A DNA stretch of 64,000 nucleotides, taken from a virus. A model generated the notes under the pieces. That model made no database searches. It had not been told where the DNA came from and saw only the letters and a program-made list of their open reading frames with translations. Shown piece by piece: positions 53,770-64,000 of this stretch. The stretch lies in the IMG/VR virus record IMGVR_UViG_3300007609_000008, positions 32,001 through 96,000 of that record, one strand, 5' to 3'. The position numbers and the translations under genes are program-made. Position 1 is the stretch's first letter. Each line of letters starts with the position of its first letter.

Positions 53770-56441
53770 TGGCACATCAAATACCAGAACATTTAAAATA
53801 TGTATCTAGTATCACTATTGTAGATGGTGGTTCTAGTTACAGTAACAACAGCGATACTCCGCCAACCATAACAATTACTGGCGGAGGTGGTTCTGGTGCT
53901 ACTGCTACGGCTTCGGTTTTTGATGGAGTAATAAACGCAGTAAATATAACAAACATAGGCACAGGTTATACAAGTATTCCTACTGTAACAGTAACGGATA
54001 CAGAAGGAGGATCAGGATCTGGGGCTGTGCTTGAAGCTGTTCTTGCTTCTGCTATTGCAACACCAACAGAATATGAAGAGAAGAGCAGTGTTGGTGCAAA
54101 ATATACTGTACCAGAATTTATCCGTGAAGAATATTCTAAATTTGTTTCGTTTATTGAAAAGTATTACGAGTATATGGATTCAGATGGCAATCCTGCAAAT
54201 CTTCTTTTAAATAAAAAGTATTCAGATTTAGATGATATTAATGATGAAGAACTTAATCAAAGAGCACTTGAACTAGCTAAAGATTTTCCTCAGATACTAC
54301 AAGCTGACAGAAAAAGTTTACTCAAGAATATAAAAAGTATATATGAATCTAAAGGTTCTGCTAGATCAATTAAAGCATATTTTAAACTTATATACAATGA
54401 AGAAATCGAAGTTATTTATCCCAGTAAAAATATACTACGTGCTTCAGATGGTATATGGCTGCAAGATTCATATGTTTTTGCTTCTACGGGTTATAACAAT
54501 TTTGAAGTTCAAAATTTAAATGGAACAATTGCTGATTTAAAATATCATGAAACGGTGGGCTCGTTAGATTTAATCAGAACAATTCCCATAACTATTCCTC
54601 AAGTTTCTAAAATATCATACACTTCTCCGCAAGTTTATTCTCTTCAAATAAAATTGCCAGAAGGAATAACTTCTATTCCCGGTCCAGGAGTAGGAGCAGA
54701 AGCAACAGCAACAGTATCCGGTGGTAAAGTCACAAATATAGAAGTGACGAATGGTGGCTTACAGTATTCAGCAGCTCCTGCTGTAGTGTTGTCTGGTGCT
54801 GGCAGCGGCGAAGATTTCTCAGCAAGAGCAGTTTTGACTGATGGAGTTATAACCTCAGTTGTTATACTCGATGCTGGTTCGGGTTATACAGATGGAACTT
54901 ATTCTCTTACATTCGATACTTCTAATCTTCGTACAGTTATTGTTGACAGAGGAGCAAGCACTGATCTAGAAAATATTAAAGCCTATGTAGATCGTTGCTT
55001 GACGTCCGTATCTGCTGCTCCGTATACGGGCATAATAATAGCTACTAGAATTGTTGTTGGTAGAGAATATAGAATTGTTACTTCAGGATCAAGCGACTTT
55101 ACTTTGATCGGCGCTGAAGACAATGACATAGGAACAGTTTTTACAGCAACAGCATCAGGTAGCGGCTCGGGTACAGTTATTCGTACTGGAACTCTAGATG
55201 CAGGATTTTCTATAGGACAAATCTATAGAATCAACGAAATAGATGGCAACAACAATGCTATAATTCGAATTCAATCTATTGATAATAGAAATGCTCCCAC
55301 TGCATTTTCAATTATAAATCCTGGAAGACAATTTACCGAAGCAGAATTTAACGTAGGAATAGGCTCTAATTTACGAGAATCTGTTATTCTAACATTAAAC
55401 ACTGGATATCTGTATGCAGAAGAAGGTAAGTTTAAAGACGATAGAGGCAAACTTTCAGACGCCAACCGTATACAAGACAATTTTAGATATCAAAGTTATT
55501 CTTATATAATTAAGTCCACCCTGCCTGAAAGCACTTGGAAAAAAAGATTTAAAGACATAATGCATCCTGCTGGCATGGAAGTGTTTGGTGATCTAATTAT
55601 CAAACATAATGTTGGTTTTGGTCAATTCTTTACAATAGAAGCTGAAGGATTACATTTACACGAGTTTAAGACTGAAGACATCGTTACTTCACCAGATGTC
55701 GTAACAATTGTTGTTCAATGGGTAAGAGCATTCCCAAATCTTGATGATAACGGATTTGATCCAGTAGATCCAGACAGCGAAACAGTATATACAACAGATG
55801 CAGAATCATTCAATTTTGGTAAAAACCCTGTAGACATAGCTACTACGAGTGATGATTACGCAGACGATTTATATGTAGAATCAGACTATTTACCTTTTGC
55901 ATATCATGGTCCAGGTGTATTCAAACTGATCAATAAAGTGTTGACATCACAGGCAGAAGCGTCAGAGTTGTTGAGTATAGCAATGGATTATTCTAGGTCA
56001 TTTGCAGATACTTTTACTGCGACCGAATCTTTTTCTGCGCTAGTTGAAAAGCCTTTCACTGAGGTTGTAAATATATCTGAAGTATTTGATTATTCATATT
56101 TATTACAAAGATTCTTCTCAGACACGGTAGGAACGTCTGACGAGTATGACAACTCTCTATATGTTGAGCTAGGGTATTTACCAGATTTATACCATGGTCC
56201 AGGTGTGTTTAAACACGTGGATAAAGTCTTTTCTAATAATCTTACAGCAGGTTCAACATCTGTTATAAATACAACTAAGCTATTTACAGAAACAAAAACA
56301 ATTAGTGAAGAAGTAGTCAAAACAATTTCTTTACCAAATTCAGAAGATATTACTGCATCAGATTCTGGTGTAGCAACCATACAAGACTATGCGCCAACAT
56401 ACTTTGCTGAAGATTATGTTGGAGCAAGTTACTCTTTTTAA
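53769..56441 (+). CDS. gp7: baseplate wedge initiator gp7-like
   Basis: [31 protein letters not shown] and IQDN..YQ.YSY.IKS...MHPAG; inserted G..A.ATA beta repeats. Confidence 0.8.
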   Translation: MAHQIPEHLKYVSSITIVDGGSSYSNNSDTPPTITITGGGGSGATATASVFDGVINAVNITNIGTGYTSIPTVTVTDTEGGSGSGAVLEAVLASAIATPTEYEEKSSVGAKYTVPEFIREEYSKFVSFIEKYYEYMDSDGNPANLLLNKKYSDLDDINDEELNQRALELAKDFPQILQADRKSLLKNIKSIYESKGSARSIKAYFKLIYNEEIEVIYPSKNILRASDGIWLQDSYVFASTGYNNFEVQNLNGTIADLKYHETVGSLDLIRTIPITIPQVSKISYTSPQVYSLQIKLPEGITSIPGPGVGAEATATVSGGKVTNIEVTNGGLQYSAAPAVVLSGAGSGEDFSARAVLTDGVITSVVILDAGSGYTDGTYSLTFDTSNLRTVIVDRGASTDLENIKAYVDRCLTSVSAAPYTGIIIATRIVVGREYRIVTSGSSDFTLIGAEDNDIGTVFTATASGSGSGTVIRTGTLDAGFSIGQIYRINEIDGNNNAIIRIQSIDNRNAPTAFSIINPGRQFTEAEFNVGIGSNLRESVILTLNTGYLYAEEGKFKDDRGKLSDANRIQDNFRYQSYSYIIKSTLPESTWKKRFKDIMHPAGMEVFGDLIIKHNVGFGQFFTIEAEGLHLHEFKTEDIVTSPDVVTIVVQWVRAFPNLDDNGFDPVDPDSETVYTTDAESFNFGKNPVDIATTSDDYADDLYVESDYLPFAYHGPGVFKLINKVLTSQAEASELLSIAMDYSRSFADTFTATESFSALVEKPFTEVVNISEVFDYSYLLQRFFSDTVGTSDEYDNSLYVELGYLPDLYHGPGVFKHVDKVFSNNLTAGSTSVINTTKLFTETKTISEEVVKTISLPNSEDITASDSGVATIQDYAPTYFAEDYVGASYSF

Positions 56442-56457
56442 ACAACGGAGAAACAAA

Positions 56458-56901
56458 ATGATCACAAATGAAAAAACTAAGGCCACTGGAATGGTTAACA
56501 TTGTTGTGTCTGACAGCAATGGTAAAGTAAAGCAAGAAGTTACTGTTCCAAATCTAGTAGTTACTACTGGACTGAATTTTATTGCATCGAGAATGGAAGG
56601 CACTGATGCTGACATTATGTCTCACATGGCAGTAGGCACAGACGATACTGCTGCTGCTGTTTCTGATACAGCTCTCTTAAACGAAGAAGCACGAGTTTCA
56701 TTAGATAGTGGAGAGGCTACTGGCAATGATATGGTATATACAGCTACTTATCCTGCCGGAACAGGAACCGCTTCATTGACTGAAGCAGGTATCTTCAATG
56801 ATGCTACAGCTGGCACTATGCTTTGCCGTACCGTATTTGCAGTAATCAACAAAGGTGCAGCAGATTCAATGACCGTCACCTGGACCATTACAATCTCTTA
56901 A
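56458..56901 (+). CDS. tail/baseplate structural protein
   Basis: NLVVTTG..FIASRM, HMAVGT, TEAGIFN...GTMLCRTVF, VTWTIT; GGAGA RBS. Confidence 0.8.
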   Translation: MITNEKTKATGMVNIVVSDSNGKVKQEVTVPNLVVTTGLNFIASRMEGTDADIMSHMAVGTDDTAAAVSDTALLNEEARVSLDSGEATGNDMVYTATYPAGTGTASLTEAGIFNDATAGTMLCRTVFAVINKGAADSMTVTWTITIS

Positions 56902-56913
56902 TAGGTAAACATA

Positions 56914-58671
56914 GTGGCTATTTTATTAACTAGACTGGCTAGAGTTGAACTAGCGAGATCATTTGTTCGAGAAGTTAAAAATGTAATAGACTCGGAGACT
57001 AATAAGCTCTATGACTATTATAATTTTGCACTTGCCAGAACTACTGCCTGGACAGATGAAGACGCTCCAGAGACGGCATATGATTCTCAGAAGTATATTA
57101 ATCAGTTTAGAAATAATATTTTGTTTACACAAAAAGTTAATCCTTCAGATGTATGTAACTTAATTGAAAAAAAAGAATGGGATACGTCAGGTACCACAGT
57201 ATACGATCCGTATGATGATGACTATTCTATTGCTAATCCAGCTCCTTCTGGAGCAACTACTTTAGCAGATGCTGACTTTTATGTTTACAACGAAGCAAAC
57301 TTTAGCGTGTATAAATGCATAGACAATAATGGCGGGGCTTTTAGTACAGATGCCCCTGTCCTTACTACAGATGTTATTTTTTCTACCGACGATGGTTATA
57401 AATGGAAATTTATGTATCAAGTATCGGAAGCAGATCGAAATAAGTTTGTAGATTCTAGATATATTCCCGTCAGAAAACTTACCACAGATAGTCCATCATA
57501 CGGAACTCTTGTGGGTGAAGTAAAGTCTATTACAGTCACAGATGGTGGGGCAGGTTACACGGCAGCTCCTAATGTTTACATACAGGGTGACGGCACAGGT
57601 GCCGCCGCTACTGCAACGATCAATGAAAGCGGCGAGGTTGTCTCTATAGATATTGATGTCACTGACGGAGAAACCTTTGAAGGACTAGGTTATACTTTCG
57701 CATTTATTCAATTCGACAACGGAGACGATGCGGAAAACGAAGGCTTTCGAAGTGCTGAAGCAATTGTTAATTTAGGAGATGCTGATCCAGAGAATACTGT
57801 TTTACAAAAAGCGGTAGAAGATGCAGCTATTGAAGGAACAATAGATAGAATAATCATTCCACCTGGCGGCGGAGGTAACGACTATGTTATTGGAGACACT
57901 TTTGTTAAAATAACAGGTGACAGTGTTCTAGAAGAAGATCAAGCAGCAGCTACAGTTAATATAGCAGAAAATTCTGGTTCTATAACGTCAATTGATGTTG
58001 CTGATGTAGGCGCAAACTACACATATGCAGACATAACTTTTGTTGACTCAAACGGCGATGAAATTCATACTGCTGAAGATGATCTTAGCAAAAAAGCGAC
58101 AGCCAGGGCAATCATTTCTCCTATACACGGTCACGGAAGTAATCCTGTAAAAGAACTTTTTAGTACAACAGTAGCAATAGTATCTTCTCTATCTGACAAT
58201 ACCAATAGAGATTTGATGGTAGATAATGATTTTAGACAAGTGGGACTGATTAAAAATATTTATGACTATGATGAGCAAAATATATGGAGAGAAGCGACAG
58301 CTACATCTTGTTTCATAGTAAACATAAATAGTGCTGACTCAAATAAATATGATATTGATGACATAATAGTTACAGATTTAGGCGATTCTGATGAAGGTAG
58401 ATTTAGAGTAATACAAGTTGTCGAATCAAATCGTTCAGATATTGTTGACGAAGGAACTTTTGATGTATACTTACAGTCAATAGTACCAAATATAAAAAAT
58501 GCAAGCGTATTGACTAACATCACACAAGACATATCGTCACTCGGTATAAATAGATATGATCAACCAGAGATAAGCACTTCATATGGCGAAGTTGTTTACA
58601 TTGAAAATAGAACGTCTATAACTAGAACGGCAGATCAAGTAGAAACAATTAAAGCAATAGTACAATTTTAG
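56914..58671 (+). CDS. gp8: baseplate wedge subunit gp8
   Basis: W...TVYD.YDD, FYVYN...VYKCIDNN, DGYKWKFMY, NDFRQVGLIKN and YIENR.SITR..DQVE.IK...F; GTG start. Confidence 0.88.
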   Translation: MAILLTRLARVELARSFVREVKNVIDSETNKLYDYYNFALARTTAWTDEDAPETAYDSQKYINQFRNNILFTQKVNPSDVCNLIEKKEWDTSGTTVYDPYDDDYSIANPAPSGATTLADADFYVYNEANFSVYKCIDNNGGAFSTDAPVLTTDVIFSTDDGYKWKFMYQVSEADRNKFVDSRYIPVRKLTTDSPSYGTLVGEVKSITVTDGGAGYTAAPNVYIQGDGTGAAATATINESGEVVSIDIDVTDGETFEGLGYTFAFIQFDNGDDAENEGFRSAEAIVNLGDADPENTVLQKAVEDAAIEGTIDRIIIPPGGGGNDYVIGDTFVKITGDSVLEEDQAAATVNIAENSGSITSIDVADVGANYTYADITFVDSNGDEIHTAEDDLSKKATARAIISPIHGHGSNPVKELFSTTVAIVSSLSDNTNRDLMVDNDFRQVGLIKNIYDYDEQNIWREATATSCFIVNINSADSNKYDIDDIIVTDLGDSDEGRFRVIQVVESNRSDIVDEGTFDVYLQSIVPNIKNASVLTNITQDISSLGINRYDQPEISTSYGEVVYIENRTSITRTADQVETIKAIVQF

Positions 58672-58680
58672 GAAAAAATA

Positions 58681-61600
58681 ATGGCCCTCAATTTAAGTTC
58701 TTCACCTTATTATGACGATTTTGATCCACAAAAGAACTATCATCGTGTTCTTTTTAAGCCTGGCGTTGCGGTTCAAGCTAGAGAGCTTACTCAACTTCAA
58801 ACAGTGCTTTCTGATCAATTATCTCAGCTGGGTAGCTTTAGCCTTAAAGAAGGCGCAGTCATCAGTGGCTGTGAGCAAAAAATTGAAAACTTTAAATTTA
58901 TCAAAATTCTTGATGAAGATGCCAATGAAGATCCTGTAGCTAATGCAGATCTAGCTTCGTATGAGGGTGCGATTCTAGTTGGACAAACAACTGGACTACG
59001 AGCAAAGATTCTTACACACAAAACTGGTCAAATAACAGTAAGCGATACTATCAACGCAAAAGCCTTATATATTGTGTATGTAGATGAAAATGCACAAGCA
59101 GCAGACTTGACTGTAAATCAATACAAAAGATTTTCTCAGGGGGAAACACTTACTGTAGAATCTGTGAACCCTAATTTAAATGGTAAGACATTCGTAACTC
59201 AAACTACACCTAGCGGATCATATGGAAAAAGAAATTTCTATGCGGGCGTAGCTCCTCACTTAACCATGACACCTGGTATAATATATGCACTAGGTAACTT
59301 TATCAGAACTAAAAACTTGTCAGTATTCATTGATAAGTTTAGTCCATCAACTGATAAAAAAATAGGCTTTATAGTAAATGAAGCTATAAAACAAGCATCA
59401 GTAGATGGTACGTTGTACGATAATGCCAGAGGCACATTCAATCAAGGAGCTCCGGGCGCAGATAGACTGGAGCATACTGTATCGCTCATTTCTTATAATA
59501 AAGATACACAGGTAGCGGATAACTATTTTCAGATTGCAACCTATTCTAATGGTAGAATTATAAGGTCTGATATTAAAAATGATCCTCTAGGAAATCTTAG
59601 AGATATATTAGCACGAGAAACATATGATCGTCATGGTAATTATGTTTCAAAAGGTATGCAAGTATATTTCAAAGAGCATCTCCGTTCTGCTAAAGGCAAA
59701 AATGGTGGAATATTGCCTCCTGCTGCGGGTGGTGATGCAAGTAAACTTGTTCTAGGAGTCAAGGCTGGTGTAGGAAGCGTTTCTGGTTATCCTATAGAAT
59801 TGTTACAAGATATTGAAACTTCTTTTGACAAACCAAGCGCAACACAGACAGAAGAAACTGTATCACAATCTACTACGTTTGGTAATTATGTAATTGTCGA
59901 TGACGTTTGTGGTGCATGGGACACAGATGGAGCTGACGAAAACGCTAATGGCATAGTAAATTTACATAGCGTTGAATCTAATGGAGTTTCAGGTGCTGCA
60001 TATTCTAATACTTCTGTGCCTAGCGGTATCATAGGAACTGCAAAAGTCAGACACATCTCTTTGCAATCAGGCACTCCTGGCTCTGCATCTGCTCAATATA
60101 GGCTTTATCTTTTTGACATTAAAATGTTTGATGGCGACTTCAGTACAGTCAAATCTATTTCATATGAAAATTCTAAAGCAAATGCGTTTGCAGATATTGT
60201 TTTAAATGATGCTGGTGTCGCTCAAGTTTATGAAAAAAATTCAAACAAATTACTCTGGAATCTTCCTTATCGTTTCTTAAAAACTTTAAAAGCAAATGAA
60301 GGTGCATATAGATATAATTTTAAATTCATAAAAGAATTTGATGTATCTTCTGCTGCTGCTGAGACTGGAGAAATTAATCTTAATTCTACTTCATCAGATC
60401 AAACTTTCTTTTTTAGCACTGAAACAATTGGTGGTGTTGAAGACAGCGTTTCTGAATCTGATGTAAGAAATCACATAAAACTAGTAGCAACTGAAACTTT
60501 TGATATAGATGGCACTACAGTAGAAAAAGGAGAGTTTATTGATGTTGTCGGCAAGGTAAGAAAAACCAGTGAAGATCGTTTAACTATAACTCTAGGAGCT
60601 TTAACAGGCGCCGGTCCTTATAGTGTTAGAGCATATATAAATATGCAAGTAGAAAATACTGCTCCTTTTTCCAAGTCTTTCGTAAAAAGTAAATATGTCA
60701 AAATAAAGGCAGACGAGAATGAGAATTTTGGCTCTAATAAGTTTTGTCTAGGTGTACCTGATGTATTTAGAGTAACAAGTATAACAGCGACATCGAATTC
60801 TGATTATACAACAAATGCAAGAAACGTCTCTGAATCATTCAAACTTGACAATGGTCAACGAGATAATTTCTATGGGTTATCATATATTGTAAAAAATTCT
60901 AGCAGCACAATAGACCTTACAGTAGAAAAATATATTACTGTGAAGTTTGATTACTTTGACAACGAAACTATCACAGGACCATCTTTTGCTTGTTTAGATT
61001 CTTATCCTGTTGATGACACCGGAGACGAGGGAATCAGAACAGAAGAGATTCCTCTTTACGTGTCTGCTTCATCTGGACAAGTTTTTGATTTAAGAAATGC
61101 TATTGACTTTAGACCTTTTATGAGATCTACAGTCACTCCTTCTTCTACGGTTGCAGGTGCACCTGAGAACCCAAGTGCATTTGAAGAAGTTAATAGACCA
61201 GAAGTAGGTTTGACTAATCCTATTCCTACAGCGACATTTACAACTGATTTAGAGTTTTACTTAGCTGAAGCATATAGAGTAGTTGTTACTCCGTCTAGAG
61301 CAGTAAAAATTATTAAAGGTCTTCCTTCTGTATCTCCTAAAACACCTTCTTCTCCTGAGGGTGCTATGACGTTGGCTACTGGCGTATTGCCTCCATATCC
61401 TTCTCTTTCAAAAACAGCTGGAAGAAATTTTGGACGTGAAGATTTATCAATGTCAATTGTGCCTGTCAAAAATAAAAAATACACGATGAAGGATATTGGA
61501 GCACTAGAACAAAGAATATCAAATCTAGAGTACTATACTACTCTTACTCTTTTAGAGAAAGAGGCAGGAAAAGTAGTTATTGCAGACTCAGATGGTATTG

Positions 61601-64000
61601 ATAGATTCAAAAATGGTTTTCTTGTTGACTCTTTCTCTAACTTTAGTGTCAATCATGTCAATAATCCTGACAATAAGTGCTCTATTGATACCAGAAAACG
61701 AGAATTGAGAGCTGCCTTTAGAACTTCACAGATAGGCTTTAAACCTATAGCTACAGGATCTACTGCTGGACAGTCTGGTTATTTCTGGCATGTTCCTTAT
61801 AATGAAACAATATACACACAACAAACTCAAGCAAGTTCATATAGAAATGTCGTGGGTGAATTGTTCATAACTCCTCCTCCTGCTACAGAACAAGAAGCAG
61901 AAGAAGTTGCTACTGAAAATGGTGGGACTGGCGAAGACGTAACAGAAACAGAGCCATCTACGAATGACACAGAATCAACTCAGCAAGGAACTACTCCAAC
62001 TGCTCCTAGCTATTATCTCATTAGATCAAAAACAACTGCAAATGAAGGCGATACATTTACTATAACTTTAGAAACTACCAATGTACCGGAAGGCACAGAA
62101 TTAGGATATACTGTATTTGGTACTGGTATCACAAACGCAGACTACACTACAGTTCCTACTACAGCCAGTGACGGTACAGGAACACTTACAGTAGACGCAA
62201 CCGGTTCTGCTTTTTTGACAGTTACTTTATCAAGTGATTTGAGCACTGAAGGACAAGAAACCTGGGGTATTACACTTTCTGACATAGGAATATCTGCAAG
62301 CACTTCTGTAGTGATTAATGATACTTCTATCACTCCAGGAGAAGAAGAAGAAGTTGAAGACACTACTCCTGTTGTTCCTGTCGCAACAGGACCGTGGACG
62401 GGAAGTTTGAATATAGATCCTCCTGTTTCTAATTTCATAGATACCAATTATAATGGCGAGCCACTTCAAAACGTAAACGGTGAATATGATCATCTGGTTC
62501 AGGGTGATGTTTTTGATGACGATGGAATTCGTTCTGGGTGGGAATTGGAATGGTCTAACTGGGAATATGCAACTAGTACTATAGGCGGACAAGATCCTGG
62601 TGAAAACTTTGGAGATTCCGCAGATATAAACAATGCAGTAGAAACTCCCGACGGGCTCTACATTCCAGAATATGGTGGCACTTGGGTTAATCCAGGCACT
62701 TTGCCTCCTAGCTCTTCTACCGTGTGGGAAACAAGAGAGCTTGATTATGTATGGAAAGGAAGCGAAACAGTAGAAGATCTCGTAACTATTCCAGTCGATA
62801 CATTAGCAAGGGAAGAAAATCTTGTTCTACAAGTATGGGGTCTTAAGCCCAACACTCTTCATACTATTCTAGTTGATGGTAGACCATTTAAAACCAGCAC
62901 TAGCTTTCCTAACGGAAGATTTTCTACGGGATTGATATTACCTGCAGGACAATTTAATACCGGCGCCATAAAAATTGAGATTACAAATCACAATGATGTA
63001 TCTCAAGCAGATTCATATGCGGTTAATTATTTTTTATCCGCTCATTCGGTACAAAAAACTGTTGTAACAAATTTAACTACTAGAGCACCAAAACCCTCTT
63101 ATTCAGTAGAAACTCAAATTAAAAGCAACACATATTATACGAATAGCAATAGAGAAGAACAACAGCGTCAAGAAGAGGCTGCTAACCGAGCAAAATTAGC
63201 CAGTGGCAACAAAGATCCCTGGGTTCAAGTTCATACTCTAGATAATCAATCTCTAGTCCGGGCAGATAGAGTTCCTATTGAGCAGCTGGACATTAGTGAT
63301 GAAGTTCTTGGTGTAGAATGTGGTATACCAGCCGGCTTAGATGGATTAACTACTGGTATTTCTAGGGCTGTGCTACAGAGACCAGACGGTAGTAGATACA
63401 GTGTGGAAACAGACGATCCTGGCTGCGCTACTTATAACGATTACTTGCAGAATCAAGCTCCTGCCTCTGTAAAAGATCAGCGTGAAGTGTATACTGAAAT
63501 AGATACTACAGTTACAGGCACCGTTCAGGCTGCTACTACAAATGTAATTCTTGTAGACGATAGCGGAACTATTGATACAGATACTGGTTCAGTTCAGGTT
63601 ATTGATGCTACGTTATACACACATGAAGATGCAGATGAAGATGCTCCTGTAATCAACACAAGTACAGAGACAAATAGCATAGGCGAAACTAATATAAGAT
63701 TAGATTCTTCTACCACTAATAGCGATTTAGAAACTACAGAAGTTATTAACATTCCTAATGCTGTTACTGTAACTGGAATAAACGATCTAGGAATAGATTT
63801 GGCAGCGATTGCAGCTCTTGATTTTAATATTTCAGAAATAGATTTATTCTGTGGTAGTCCTGGTCAAGATCCATTAGCACAATCTTTCTTGGTAGAGGGT
63901 TTACCTGGTGGTATGTTTACAACCTCTGTCGATGTCTTCTTTAGAAATAAGTCTTCAGAAGAAAATAACAGCGGCATCACTCTACAGCTTAGAGAGATGA
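58681..64000 (+). CDS. large VrlC/DUF4815-type virion structural protein, 3' partial (not in ORF track)
   Basis: Starts MALNLSSSPYYDDFD...VLFKPG..VQARELTQLQ; DRFKNGFLVDSF near 61600 and DPLAQSF...SVDVFF near 63870 are in the same frame (spot-checked); no stop seen. Confidence 0.88.
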   Translation, partial: MALNLSSSPYYDDFDPQKNYHRVLFKPGVAVQARELTQLQTVLSDQLSQLGSFSLKEGAVISGCEQKIENFKFIKILDEDANEDPVANADLASYEGAILVGQTTGLRAKILTHKTGQITVSDTINAKALYIVYVDENAQAADLTVNQYKRFSQGETLTVESVNPNLNGKTFVTQTTPSGSYGKRNFYAGVAPHLTMTPGIIYALGNFIRTKNLSVFIDKFSPSTDKKIGFIVNEAIKQASVDGTLYDNARGTFNQGAPGADRLEHTVSLISYNKDTQVADNYFQIATYSNGRIIRSDIKNDPLGNLRDILARETYDRHGNYVSKGMQVYFKEHLRSAKGKNGGILPPAAGGDASKLVLGVKAGVGSVSGYPIELLQDIETSFDKPSATQTEETVSQSTTFGNYVIVDDVCGAWDTDGADENANGIVNLHSVESNGVSGAAYSNTSVPSGIIGTAKVRHISLQSGTPGSASAQYRLYLFDIKMFDGDFSTVKSISYENSKANAFADIVLNDAGVAQVYEKNSNKLLWNLPYRFLKTLKANEGAYRYNFKFIKEFDVSSAAAETGEINLNSTSSDQTFFFSTETIGGVEDSVSESDVRNHIKLVATETFDIDGTTVEKGEFIDVVGKVRKTSEDRLTITLGALTGAGPYSVRAYINMQVENTAPFSKSFVKSKYVKIKADENENFGSNKFCLGVPDVFRVTSITATSNSDYTTNARNVSESFKLDNGQRDNFYGLSYIVKNSSSTIDLTVEKYITVKFDYFDNETITGPSFACLDSYPVDDTGDEGIRTEEIPLYVSASSGQVFDLRNAIDFRPFMRSTVTPSSTVAGAPENPSAFEEVNRPEVGLTNPIPTATFTTDLEFYLAEAYRVVVTPSRAVKIIKGLPSVSPKTPSSPEGAMTLATGVLPPYPSLSKTAGRNFGREDLSMSIVPVKNKKYTMKDIGALEQRISNLEYYTTLTLLEKEAGKVVIADSDGIDRFKNGFLVDSFSNFSVNHVNNPDNKCSIDTRKRELRAAFRTSQIGFKPIATGSTAGQSGYFWHVPYNETIYTQQTQASSYRNVVGELFITPPPATEQEAEEVATENGGTGEDVTETEPSTNDTESTQQGTTPTAPSYYLIRSKTTANEGDTFTITLETTNVPEGTELGYTVFGTGITNADYTTVPTTASDGTGTLTVDATGSAFLTVTLSSDLSTEGQETWGITLSDIGISASTSVVINDTSITPGEEEEVEDTTPVVPVATGPWTGSLNIDPPVSNFIDTNYNGEPLQNVNGEYDHLVQGDVFDDDGIRSGWELEWSNWEYATSTIGGQDPGENFGDSADINNAVETPDGLYIPEYGGTWVNPGTLPPSSSTVWETRELDYVWKGSETVEDLVTIPVDTLAREENLVLQVWGLKPNTLHTILVDGRPFKTSTSFPNGRFSTGLILPAGQFNTGAIKIEITNHNDVSQADSYAVNYFLSAHSVQKTVVTNLTTRAPKPSYSVETQIKSNTYYTNSNREEQQRQEEAANRAKLASGNKDPWVQVHTLDNQSLVRADRVPIEQLDISDEVLGVECGIPAGLDGLTTGISRAVLQRPDGSRYSVETDDPGCATYNDYLQNQAPASVKDQREVYTEIDTTVTGTVQAATTNVILVDDSGTIDTDTGSVQVIDATLYTHEDADEDAPVINTSTETNSIGETNIRLDSSTTNSDLETTEVINIPNAVTVTGINDLGIDLAAIAALDFNISEIDLFCGSPGQDPLAQSFLVEGLPGGMFTTSVDVFFRNKSSEENNSGITLQLREM

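Noticed and set aside
63230-63330. VPIEQLDISDEVLG resembles an intein/Hint N-terminal block
   Set aside because: No preceding Cys/Ser block A, no TxxH block B and no terminal HN motif seen.
1-64000. Stop-codon reassignment
   Set aside because: Recognisable core genes are full length under the standard code, and TAA, TAG and TGA all act as stops.

Overview
A 64-kb segment of a T4-like myovirus genome, probably a marine phage of a proteobacterial host. All product calls rest on motif recognition and gene order; no database search was run. (1) 1-2.9 kb: an early region, GC-richer by eye, of small genes that each carry a near-identical sigma70 promoter/RBS cassette. (2) 3-6.4 kb: a GmrSD-like DUF262+HNH nuclease and small hypothetical genes. 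(3) 6.5-11.7 kb: a minus-strand module of secreted or membrane proteins behind T4 late promoters. (4) 11.7-28.6 kb: a translationally coupled ~17-kb modification operon with eight radical SAM paralogues, a methyltransferase, SDR, 2OG-Fe(II) oxygenase, SGNH-like protein, carbamoyltransferase and a 34-aa basic peptide. (5) 28.6-36.4 kb: phoH, a glycosyltransferase, tRNA-Arg(UCU), an exonuclease, a circularly permuted two-piece tmRNA, a SleB-like hydrolase, an epimerase, gp33, gp59 and gp32. (6) 36.5-40.9 kb, minus strand: gp29-like, gp51, gp26, gp54, gp2 and gp4, with a candidate -1 frameshift joining gp26 to gp51. (7) 40.9-46 kb: a mirror-symmetric Pro/Tyr/Asn repeat protein followed by a prolyl-hydroxylase-like oxygenase, two DUF6065-like proteins and a Gnt1/GT60-like GlcNAc transferase, a candidate hydroxyproline-glycosylation system for a virion fibre. 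(8) 46-64 kb: baseplate genes gp48, gp53, gp27-like, gp5, gp25, gp6, gp7, gp8 and a VrlC-like protein running off the end.
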